Assembly (NCBI RefSeq): GCF_036321535.1
Contig: NC_087444.1
Coordinates: 36,456,001 to 36,520,000, forward strand
Length of the DNA: 64,000 nucleotides
Reading direction: 5' to 3'
DNA from: Camelus dromedarius
Taxonomy: Eukaryota
The translations under genes and the position numbers were made by a program. Shown here piece by piece: positions 50,601-61,540 of this stretch (positions within the stretch are counted from its first letter, which is position 1; every line of letters begins with the position of its first letter). The notes beneath the pieces are model-generated. The model did no database searches. It worked only from the letters and a program-made list of their open reading frames with translations, and was not told the origin of the DNA.

Positions 50601-51247
50601 TGTGTGATGCCCAGTGCATGCAGATATCGGACGCCATCCAGTACCATCTGCAGTACCCGCGTGGCATCACGCTCAGTGAAAGAACCCTTGGCGATGATGC
50701 GGTCAAAGAGCTCTCCACCAGTGGCCAACTCCATCACCATGTACACGCGCTCCTGTGTCTCAAACACCTCCACCAGCTGGATGATGTTGGCGTGGCGCAC
50801 CCGGCGCAGTACACGCAGCTCTGATTCACAGACCTCCCGTCCCTCCCGGTACTTAGTCTCAATCATCTTAATGGCGTATGGCTGCCGGGTTGCCCGGTGC
50901 TCTACACGTACCACTCGGCTGAAGCTGCCTCGGCCAATCAGGGCTTTGATGTCATACTTGGCTGTCACACGTGGGTCAAACTTGGCCCTGTACTTAGCTA
51001 CCCTGGCCCTGCGTGGTGGTTCTGAGGGAGGCTCTGTGTGGCCAGTAGGGGGCACACTAGGGAATGGATTTGCACACTGACTGGCTGCTGGGAAACCAGC
51101 TTTGAGGGGGCCAACACTGTCCACCTCTGTGATGAAGTGCTTGTATACATCGCTCTTAGTGCCACTGAAGGGCTCCACCTTCTTGACCAGATCCAGCTGG
51201 ACATCCTTGGGCGGCTCAGGAAGGACTTTGCTTGTCCCACAGCCCAT
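38605..51247 (-). CDS. PSKH1: Serine/threonine-protein kinase H1, 2 coding exons, 424 aa
   Basis: Coding exons 51247-50291 (957 nt) and 38922-38605 (318 nt); sum 1275 nt. N-terminus MGCGTSK (myristoyl/palmitoyl motif); [24 protein letters not shown] and APE motifs intact; ends RYQQQYNG*. Confidence 0.98.
46265..46470 (+). mobile_element. MIR
   Basis: TTCAAATCCCAGG...AATTACTTAACCTCACTGGCCTCAGTTTACTCATCTGTAAAATGGGG...GTGCCTGGTACTCAGTAG. Confidence 0.85.
49850..50137 (+). mobile_element. ERVL (LTR16-like) LTR fragment
   Basis: Characteristic 3' end ATTAAACTA...CCCAAGTCCTTGTCTCAGGCT...GAGAACCCAAACTAAGA; internal CAGGGTCCCCAGTGGGACTGAG. Confidence 0.6.
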
Positions 51248-52469
51248 CACGGACACGGGGGCATCCTTCCTAGTGAGGCTGGCAGGACCTGCTCTGCAGG
51301 CAGTGCCCCATCTACACCTATACAGACAGAAGAAAGGACAACTCAGCAATGCCAGGGACACTTCTGAAGGGATACCAGCCACCTTCCTCAACCCCAACCC
51401 CTTACCCCTAGATAAACCTAGCCTGAAGACCTGCCTCTAACATAGTTCCCTGTAAGGGAGAATGGCTTTCCCCTCTGAGAGCTTAGGGTCCAGGTACCAT
51501 GGAGGATCTAGATGAAAGACTGGGTCTGAGCTCCAGGCTTTTGATTCATGTTTCCCTGGATCTGACTTTCATGCTGCTCTTCAACTCCGAAGAGGGGCAG
51601 GAACATGCACCATGCTCAGCTGTCACTATCCCCACCCTCCTCCCTACTCTGCCAGGGTCCCTTATCCTAGTTGAATTCCTGTATTTTTTAAAGGTTAAAA
51701 TCATTCCTCTTATTACTCTAACTCATCTTTTCTGAAATGGAGGTGTGGAGTGTTAGAGGCCCATTTCCAACACTATCACCCACCAAGGCTCAGAAGGCCA
51801 CTTCTCCAAGGTTTCCCCGCTCATGGATATCTTCCTGGCCCTCTAGGCTTCCTGCAGGGGTTGATGCTCCCCCTGCAACAACCATCACCACTACACACTG
51901 CCCTGGGTCTTTGCCCTAACCTCACTCTTTCTGGATGGCTCCCATTAACTTTGCTAATGCATCATCTTCACCCTGGCAGTTTAACACCCTTTTCCAGGGT
52001 CTCCCACTTACCCAGTTTACCACATAGATAACTAAAATGCCACACAAATCCCGGAATGGCTAAAATCAATCCCAGTGAACTTGGGAGCACAAGCCTTAGC
52101 ACGCTACCACCAGGTAGCCACCAAACTAACCTGGGCTTCACTTAAGAGGCAGAGGGGGCCTTGAGCACAGAAAGGACACAAGCAGCTTCACCCAGATGAG
52201 ACTCATGCTGTGGATCAGGGTATGCTGCTTCTTCGGGATGAGGATCCAGGGGCCTTCCCCATTTGTTTCCCAAAGATGTTCTGACTTAATTAATACCTTG
52301 TGGCTGGTGGAGCCCTGGACAAGGTGACGTGATGAAGTACTGCTTTCCAGAGGTCATTTCTATCTAGGATGCCCTTCTCTAACTCTATCTGAGGGCCCGA
52401 AGGGTGAAAGAAGAGAGCTTAGAATTTCCTATTATGACATACAGAAATGGGGATAAAATAAGTAATTCA

Positions 52470-53110
52470 GATCAAACGTTTACTGAACATCTACTAGGGA
52501 TACAGGAATGAATAAGACATCCAGTGCTGGTTATGTTTTAACATATACACACACAAAAAAACAGGCAAAACATGGTCAATAAACTCATAATCTAAATGAT
52601 GAGCAAAGCATAAAGACAGGTAATTGCAATATAGCAAGGTAAGTGTTAGGCTTGAGAAAATAAGAGTAAATGTGTAAAATGATGCAGGGATTACGGAAAG
52701 CTTCCTGGAGGAGGGGACTCCCACGCTGAGTTTGAAGTAAGAATAAGTGGATGGGGAAAAGTGGAATGGCATTTCAGGCAGAGACAATAACGCACTCAAA
52801 GGCCCAGAGGAGCACCCTGTGCCTGCAAAAGGGGAATTTTGGCAATATGAAGACAGGACTGGGGGCTGAAGTGTTGGGAAGTTAGTAGGAACTAGGTTGT
52901 GGAGAGCAGCACAAAGTTACGGTGAGGAGTCAGGACCTTCCTAGGAGGTGACAGGAAGCACCAAAGGGTTTATAAGGAGAGGCAATTCTGTGTTTAGAAA
53001 GAAGTACAAGGCTGAGGGTCAAAAACTGACAGGGTGAGTGAGGAGGGTGGAGTGAAGAGAGGTCAGCTGGGGAATGTACTGCCGGAGAATGGAGGCATGA
53101 TATAAGGGGT
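52470..53110 (-). mobile_element. L2 fragment
   Basis: TCAAACGTTTACTGAACATCTACT...AGCTTCCTGGAGGAGG...CTGAGTTTGAAG...CATTTCAGGCAGAG...AAAGGCCCAGAGG. Confidence 0.7.
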
Positions 53111-55939
53111 GAAAGGGAGGAGAAAGTGGCACTCCAGTCCCTTGCTCAAGTTCCTGGGCAGAGGGTCAGCAGTGCAGCAGGAGGGACAGGTTTGGGAAAC
53201 AATGGGGAAAGTTTAGTTCTGGATACATTGTGGTGGGGTGGCCGGCTGTAGAATCTAACGGTTGAAAAGAGCTGGTCAGAGATTCCATGGCCGCCCAAGG
53301 GTGGTACTTGGGACCAAGGGACAACACCAACGCCAACTCCTATCCCCACCCCCTTGCAAAGCCAGCAAAAGATCCCATGAAAGGCAGCAGAGGGAGACCC
53401 AAAGAGGTTTTGCTAGGGCATCTTGAGGGTCACAGAGAACCCACACAGAGACCCTCAGATTCCAGGGAGTCAACGGCCTGAATTCAAGACGGTAATAACT
53501 GACCAATGTGGCCAACTCTTCCAAGGAATAAGCTCACCTCTGAAACATACACAAGACCTTGATTACCAATCCATCAGATAAAAAGATCAATGATTAAGGG
53601 CTTAGGTTTTAATCAGTATGTAAATATGACTCTCAGCAGGATGAGGTTTATCTTTCTTTATATGAGAAGAAAAGATTCCTCCACTAACACAAGGCTCTTC
53701 AGAACTTGCCGCAGTTCTCACCCAAATGCTCAGGAGATCCCACATAGCAGCTTAGGAAATCATGTTTAAACAACGGCATTTAGAAACAAGGTTCCTTTTC
53801 ACAGAGGCCAAAGATTAGAACTGTGGACTTTGGAATTTTGCAGACTCATCTCTTCTTTCAGGGAAAATACAAGACTCAATATGGTAAAAGGCTGCAGCCC
53901 AGGAAAAAAAATAGCTCTTGGGCCAGGTTTCCTGAGGCAGAACAAAGGCCCTGATCCCTAAGACCACACTGTAAGCAACGCCTACGATTCAAAGAGAAGA
54001 CAAATTGCATGGGTGACCCAGCACAGCTACTCAGATGTCACTTCTTCCTGGTGAAAAGGTAGAACCCTAGATCCACAAAATAAATAACTGTCTCCAGGTA
54101 TACTCAATGGCTCTTTTTCTTTAAATGTGCATACCTAGTCTGGTCCTGATGAGAAAAACTAAGGTTTACAAAGAAAAGGCCTGAGCTCTCACTTTAAACA
54201 AAGCCTGAGCAAGGTTCTCAAGTCAGCAGTAAGAGAGCCAAGGATTACCCCTCTCTGACCTCTCTGACCTGGGACACAGTTTCTCTTACATTTGTTTCAG
54301 TTAGAAACTCTTCAAAGACAGGCTGAAGCTGGTACTCCACCTTCCCAACTACAGACCGAGAGTGGAGGAGAGAGGGTGCCAGCTTGGGATGGGGGGTGGG
54401 GGGTAGGGAGAGACAGCTGATAACTCCAGGTGATCATAGCTGCTCCACACTCCCGTTGTATCAGTTAAATCTCTTTCCACATCAGTTAGGTAAAAAAGCA
54501 AACATAGAGACAAGGGAGGCAGCTGGCAAAACTCCTTCTGGGAAGAAAGGAAACGTGTTTTCCTGTCATCAGCTCTCCTGGGTGTGTCCCAGCAGAGTGA
54601 CCAGGGTCGGTGAGGATGAATGAGGAAGCCTCAGGAAGAGACCTCCTAGGAGGGTCATGCTATGCCAGCTATGACAAATCACCATTCCATTTCACCACAC
54701 CAATTCTGCCACATCTTACAGAAAGTACTGAGCTCTCTAGAGTCAGCCTCCACACCCTCAACTCCTAGTCTGATCCAAAGCACTCCTCAAAGAAGGTAAA
54801 TGTGGTAGACAGAGTGCAGCAGTGGGTGTGAGCACTCAGAACTTCTGTCCTCACTAACACTCTATAGAAACAACAGGCCAAAAAGGTAGAAACTTGTTCA
54901 AAGACACTCGGATAGTGACGGCCAAGCACAAACCCAAATCTCCTGGTTCTCCATTCAGAGCTCCAGAAGTGCCTGGAGCCTGGCAGAATTCAGCCTCACC
55001 AGGTAAAGGCCTCAATCCTTCCTCATACACTTAGTTGGTAAATTAATGAAACTTTACTGAGGATCTTTTCTGAAGGGCATGTCTTCTGAAACCTCCATTC
55101 CAAGCACAGTCCGGGTCACGCTGCTCACTACTATAATCTAGACTGCTTTTGATCACCAGAGCGGTCAGCCTCTTGAGGGAAGGGGCCACTTCTCAAGTTT
55201 CTAGATCTCTCTGGCTCCTGGCAAAATGCTGAGCTCAGAGCAGTCATTCAATGTTTGTTAACAATGAACGAAAGGTGGTCTGGCTGGCTCTTGAATTTCT
55301 TTTTTGCTGCAGGGCAACAATCCCAGAACCTCAGAAATTTTCAAGTGGCAGGAAGAGGCCAGGCTGGTGGTTAAATCAGAGCAACACAAAGGAAGCTGGA
55401 GCTCTTGGGCCTTTTGGGTATTACAGATTGTTATCTGAACTCCAAAGCAAGTTTGTCCACAAGCTGCCAGATCCATCTGCAGGGAGGCCAGGGGCCCAGG
55501 AAAGAGGGAACAGGATGGATCCTGAAACAATTTCCTGGCCACAGAAGTCTGTGGATGTCGCCAGGCAGGGTGCCAGTAGGCACTCAGCTCTCTCCAATAA
55601 CACCTCCTAAGATTGTTCCCTACGGCAAAGCTTTACAACCTTTAGTTTTCAAAGACCTCTATATTCTGCTCCCGTGTTTTGAAAGACTGTCTATCAAAAT
55701 GAAGTAGGCAGTAATCACTCAGGAATCCCAGAAATAATTAACTGCAAAATAGCACTTCTAACCAACCTGATGCAATTAAGGAAAACGGGCAAAGAAGTCT
55801 GTCATTTTAGACAAAACCCTCGAACAAGGACCTCTGCAACCTTAGGGGGAACAGCAGGATTTTGCTTTCTGAAATAGGGAAACTGACATGAGACAAAGCG
55901 ATTTCATTTTCAGAAATAATTCTACAAAACCACTTCCAC

Positions 55940-56560
55940 AAGTATGCAAAGATATATCTGTACAAGCAAGTTCATGAAAACATTCTTTATAATAATAAAA
56001 AGAAAGTGGAAACAACCCAAATATCCATCAGTAAGGAAATAAATGAATAAACTATGGTATATTCATGTAATGGAATGCTCTACAGCTATTGAAATGAATG
56101 AGGTAAATCCATATATACTGACAAAGAAAAGTATCAGTCAAGTTTATTGAGTAGCTTTGTCCTGGGATCCATGTTTCTGATGTAGCAAGTATTTTAAAAT
56201 AGTATGTGAAGCTTATGTCCAATGAGGGATTAAAAAAAGGTATAGACATATATATGGAAGAAAAATATCCTGGAAAGGTAGAAGAGAAATTGTTGACAGT
56301 AACTACCTCTACGGTGTGGGAATGTGGAGGGAACAGGTGGAAGGAAGGAAGGAAGGGGGACTTTTACTTCTCACTTTACACACTTCTGTGCCACTGCTGT
56401 ATTTTTAAATCATCACCACATATTTCATTTTTGAAGTTAAAAATATATATAGTATAGAAATGTATAGACTAGTACATGCAATAAGAAAAAATCTGGAGGA
56501 ATACACACCAATTATTGCACCAAATTTTAGGAATATACACCAAATTATTAAAAATGATTA
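55940..56560 (+). mobile_element. Old L1ME-like 3' fragment (resumes at about 57140-57225)
   Basis: GGAAACAACCCAAATATCCATCAGTA...AATAAACTATGGTATATTCAT..AATGGAAT, degenerate. Confidence 0.65.
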
Positions 56561-56574
56561 ATGTGTCTCTAATT

Positions 56575-57135
56575 TGAAAAGATACCTGCATCTCAATAAT
56601 TACAGCAGCACTATTTACAACAGCCAAGACATGAAAGCAACCAAAGTGTCCATCGACAGATGAATGGATAAAGATGTGGTATATATACAATCATATATAC
56701 AATAGAATACTACTCAGCCATAAAAAAGAATGAAATATCATTTGCAGCAACATGGATGGACCTAGAGATTATACTAAATGAAGTAACTCAGAGAAAGACA
56801 AATATCATATGATACCACTTATATATGGAATCTAAAATATGATACAAATTAATTTATTTACAAAACAGAATCACAGACATAGAAGACAAACTTATGGTTA
56901 CCAAAGGGAAAGGGGGCTGGGGGAGGGATACATTAGAAGTCTGGGATTAGCAGATACAAACTACTACATATAAAACAGATAAACAACAAGGTCCCACTGT
57001 ATAGCACTGGGAACTATATTCAGTATCGTATAATAAACCATAATGGAAAGGAATATGAAAAAGAATGTACATATGTATAACTGAATCATTTTGCTGTACA
57101 CAACATTGTAAATCAACTGTACTTCAATTAAAAAA
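56575..57135 (+). mobile_element. Younger cetartiodactyl-type L1 3' end (ORF2 tail plus 3' UTR), 5'-truncated
   Basis: GCAGCACTATTTACAACAGCCAAGACATG...TTTGCAGCAACATGGATGGACCTAGAG...GGTCCCACTGTATAGCAC...GTATAACTGAATCA...ACATTGTAAATCAACT.TACTTCAATTAAAAAAA. Confidence 0.9.
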
Positions 57136-58877
57136 ATGATTAGTGTTTGTATCTAAAGACATGGTGCACTATTCACTTCTGTAATGTTTTAACTTATAAT
57201 ATTATTTTGTAATAAAAATTGTTATGACTTCTTTTTGGAATATAGTAGCTCAAGACCTTACTTCTCAAGAGCTCCAGCTATGCACCACTGCTCTACATGG
57301 TAATATTTGGTAAGCACAGACTTCTGCCTTAGAGCTGAGAGAGGGAGAGAAGTTCAAAAGTTTGTTGTGTCCTCATCATTTTATCCTGATCCCAACTCCA
57401 TCTGAGACATCCCACCTACAGCCCATTCCATAATCAGAAATACAGACTCTGGCAATGTACCTGAAGTTCTCCTTCCAAAATCCCAAAGTACAACCCACAA
57501 ATAAATTTACTGAGCTCCTGTTGTGGGCCAGGAACTCTGCCAGGGGCTGTGACAGACAAAAAGAAAGCAGTTATAATCTCTGCTCTCAAGGAACTTAACA
57601 GCCCAGATGGTTCTACACCGAGAGTCCCCTGATCCATTTCTCTTATGATGCTAAGTGAGGCTGCTTCAAGGCTGGCAGTCTGGAAGGGGTCCAACTTAGA
57701 TAATTTGCCCCCAGCAAATGAAAACAGCACATTCTTTTTTACTTCAGCATCACATGGGACGCCATGGCAACAGGGGTTTGTACCAAGAATTAGCTCAGTG
57801 ATGACCTAGCCAACACAAATCAGCTTAATACTCACTGAGTAAGATTCTTGGAAGGAAAGAAAGTTCAAATAAGTAAATCTTTCTCCAGCTCTCAACAAGC
57901 AGAATTGTTTCCCTTCTTCCAGGGCTGTTCTCAAATTTTTCTGTGTACTCTGGGATCAATGAAGACAGCTGTTCTCAGTTATCAGAAAGCTTAAGAGTCA
58001 ATACTTAAACACACCTATAACCAATTCACATCAGACAGCTAGGAAGCGCTGAATAGGATCAAATTTGCTCACACAACATGCTCATACTTACAAAGTAAAA
58101 CAGAAGGCCAAACTAAAGTCTCACTCATTTAACTATGAACTTGTGAGTGACAGAAAATCCCAGTATCTAGTTCAGATTTCACAGTCACTAGCATCTTCAG
58201 GGATATTACATTCCAAGTGAGGCACAGCTCTAGCTCAGTGTGAAAGGCAAAGAGGTTTCCTGAAAGCTGCACTTTCTCTAGCTCATTTATACAACCTAAC
58301 AAGCACAGGAATGGCAAATTAGACCTGGACAATGTTTGCTGAATACAGCAAACCCACCCTCCAATGAGTCAGCAATCCACATAACTTCTAGGAGAATAGC
58401 CAACTGCAACTGCCCTGAGAAGAAGCATAGTTTTGTCAGAGCTTTCCCTGATGATTAGAAATTACCTCAAGGAAATTACATTACATCAGGTAGCTTCCTA
58501 CACAAGGTTCAGTTTGAAGAGGGAGCAGGCTTTTGACAAGGGATACACTGTGGGAAGAATGGCCATTAGTAATAACAGTGGCTTCCATTTCCTGAGTTCC
58601 AACTAAGTGTTTTATATGCATTCTCACTCCTCTCTGCAACCACATAAAGTAGGCATGATTATTCCTATTATGGGACGAGCAAACTAGGACTCAAAGAACC
58701 TCAAGATCTCATAAAAGCCAAGAACTGAATCTAAGTCTTTCCAACTCCAAAGCCCATACTTCTAACCACCAAATCATACTGCCTTCCCAAGGTATGGGCA
58801 ATGAGACTGCAACAGCTGTGTGCCACAGGGCATAGCCAGCCTTTCCCATCGGACAAAGACACAACAGTTTTCTGGAG

Positions 58878-59050
58878 CAATGATCTTCAACCAGGGAGCA
58901 CAGTAAAGTCACCTGAGAGTTTTTTAAAAAATACAGATTTCTACCAGATTCCAGATATTCTGAATCAAAATCTCAGACAGTGAGACTCTTGAATTTGTAT
59001 TTTGAAAAACCACCCCAGGAGAATTTAGACCATCAAAGTTGACAAGGCTG
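58878..59050. mobile_element. MER5A-like hAT DNA transposon relic
   Basis: GCAATGATCTTCAACC...GTCACCTGAGAGTTTTTAAAAAATACAGATT...CCAGATATTCTGAATCA...TTTGTATTTTGAAAAACCACCCCAGG. Confidence 0.7.
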
Positions 59051-59899
59051 CACCACTTACCACACGCATACGTGTGCATGTGCAAACAGGATATACACAT
59101 TTGCTCTGCTCATCTCAGGTCCTGGCCCATGACAGGTACTCAACAATATAGTTGATTCTGTATCCATTCTTAAGCCAGCAACCTATCCCAGCCGATTCAC
59201 CTCCTATTTTATGCCAGGCACAGAGCCAGACACTCAGATGCAAACAAAAATAACACAATCCCCAGACCCACTATCAGGTGATATAACACAATATACTCCA
59301 AAAGTAGTAGCAAGAATAAAAGTACAAAGGAGTCAGCGGTTACATGTGAAGGGAGGCTTTTCCAAAGAAATGAAATCCAAGGTATTTTTTAAAGGAGAGA
59401 TGTAAATTTTCCATACTGGTGGGTGGAGGTAGGGGATAAAAGAGTATTACAAAGTGAGAAAACTGCGTATCTAAAGCAAAAAGGTATTAAAACACAGAGC
59501 TAAAGGCAAATTCACATATCCCCAACAAACTATGTAAACAGGAGACAAAAGTGCCCAGGTTTTGACTTCGGGCTATGTTTCTACCCAGTTATGAAGAGCC
59601 CTGAACGCCTTGCTATGAAGCTTGGCCTTTATCCTGTAGGTAGCAAGGAGTCAGTTTTAGACAATGAAGGACTTAATTCAGATTTTTAAGTGGAAATGAT
59701 CAATTTATCGCTTCGTGGAAGGGGAGTGAATGTGGAGAGCTGGGCTGCCCCTTATCAAAGCAGAGGGATAACTGGCTTGCGAAGCAGGTGGACTCAGGCC
59801 CGCTTTTTTCCCCGCCTGAACAAGGAAGCGACCAGCTGCCCCACTGACCCCTGGCGTTCAGTCGCAAAGTAGAGGGTGTAGAGTAGGTGCCGGACAAGA

Positions 59900-60490
59900 G
59901 AAGACAGTGAGGACACCGGATTAGTTCACCCTGACCGATGCCGACTTGCTGAACATGAGGCAGGACAGCTGACCACGTCCACCTGGCCCTTGCGGCCTCA
60001 GATACGGGTTACCCAGCACAGCAGCACGTTTCGAGGCCAATTAACACTTGGACACCGGGGACCCCGAGCTGCAATCGCCTGGCCTGCCCCTCAGTCCCGT
60101 AGGCCCCGGAACACCGGGCACGGGCCGAAGTATGGGCAGGAACGGGCCCTGTGCTCCAGAAAGTGACCGTGGCCTCTCCTCAGCCCCTCCTGCCCGTCAG
60201 ACCGTCGCCGTGGGCAGGGCCGCCTCACCTCGCGCGGACGGCGGGCTCTTCGGCGTCTGGGCGACTGTGCTGACCCCCTTCGGGTCGCAGCCACGGCCGC
60301 CGCCGCCGCAGCCGCCATCCTCAGGCGTCAGCGTCGTGGCGTCATCACAGCGCGCGCTTGACGCCAAAACAAATCCGGGCCGCCCACGGGGCGGTACGGG
60401 GGTGGACTCTCGGAAGAGCCGGGCTGTCCAGTTGGCGGCGCTCTGAGAGTGGCTTGCCAATCAACGCCTTCAGGGCGGGACCGGGCTTTC
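59900..60490 (-). promoter_or_regulatory. CpG island promoter of PSKH1
   Basis: CpG-rich with (GCC)n, a YY1-like GAGGATGGCGGC, several TGACG half-CRE sites, a CCAAT box (60457-60461) and GC boxes. Confidence 0.85.
60229..60400 (-). other. PSKH1: First (5' UTR) exon of PSKH1
   Basis: Minus-strand donor GAG|GTGAGG at 60229/60228 inside a CpG island; matching acceptor TGTATAG|GTG at 51318/51317. The TSS end is approximate. Confidence 0.75.
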
Positions 60491-61067
60491 TCCAGGAGTA
60501 GAGAGTGTTAAGTGTTGCTCCAAATGTTTCCACCTTAGGTTTAGGCAGACACTGTGGATAGTAGGGAGAAAGTTTCTAGATTCAAATTAGGGTGGGAGAG
60601 CGCTTTATAGTGCCAAGTGGGGGATGTAGTGCATTTCAACAGAGGTTTCTGAAACTCCGCAAAGGATCGGTTTAAATTAACAAATCTATTAAAACTGCAA
60701 TTAAAATAATTCAGACAGTCAGCTGTGTTGAAGCTTGAGGATCGGTGATATTAGTTTGGGCCAGCTTTGGCGTAACGGTTTTTTGTCTGTTTTAAGGGTT
60801 GTTATTGTTACTAAATATAAATACATCCTGAGACTGCAAAGCAAGTAGATTAAAGAAAAATTGTTACCATTAACGATTCCGCTTTAGATTCATAATTATC
60901 TCACTACTTTGCCCAGATTGCAGGGTGGAGGGGAATAGATGACTCAAGAAATAAGGAGATTGTAATCTCCATTCCATCTTCCTCATTTCAGTCTGTTCAT
61001 TTATTAAAATCTTTATTGGGAACTTCATATATGAAATTGTCTTTAACTGACTATAAGATAATGTTAT

Positions 61068-61224
61068 TTTTTAACATTTTTTATTGATTTATAATCATTT
61101 TACAATGTTGTGTCAAATTCCAGTGTTCAGCACAATTTTTCAGTCATTCATGGACATATACACACTCATTGTCACATTTTTTTCTCTGTGAGTTATCATA
61201 ACATTTTGTGTATATTTCCCTGTG
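61068..61224 (-). mobile_element. Short 5'-truncated young L1 3' end with perfect TSD
   Basis: TTTTTTAACATTTTTTATTGATTTATAATCATTTTACAATGTTGTGTCAAATTCCAGTG..., flanked by AAGATAATGTTAT at 61055-61067 and 61225-61237. Confidence 0.85.
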
Positions 61225-61349
61225 AAGATAATGTTATGTTTTAACCCTAAAAATGTATTAACACCAATAAAACACCACCTGTTTTATGCAGTAGGGTTTC
61301 AAGAAAGATTTTATTTAAAAAAAAAACCTAAAAATTACTTCCATATATC

Positions 61350-61540
61350 TAGTGTGATTAAGGGAATGGACTTAGGGGCCAAACAAACTTGGGATCATAT
61401 CCCAACTCTGACACTTCCATAGTTATGTGACCTTAAGCAAGATATCTCCCTTCCTTAAGCCTCATGTTTCTTATCTGTACAATGGGGATCGTAATTTTGA
61501 CCCCACAGTTATTGTGAGGATTGAAAATAATATAGAATCC
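61350..61540 (+). mobile_element. MIR
   Basis: AGTGTGATTAAG...CCCAACTCTGACACTT...TGTGACCTTAAGCAAG...GCCTCATGTTTCTTATCTGTACAATGGGGAT...TTATTGTGAGGATT. Confidence 0.8.

Noticed and set aside
51248-51397. Apparent 50-aa N-terminal extension of PSKH1 in the ORF track
   Set aside because: It begins in intron 1 and crosses the acceptor at 51318. It would also bury the myristoylated Gly2.
57758-57771. RFX X-box-like GACGCCATGGCAAC in PSKH1 intron 1
   Set aside because: Only one half-site is perfect and there is no supporting context.
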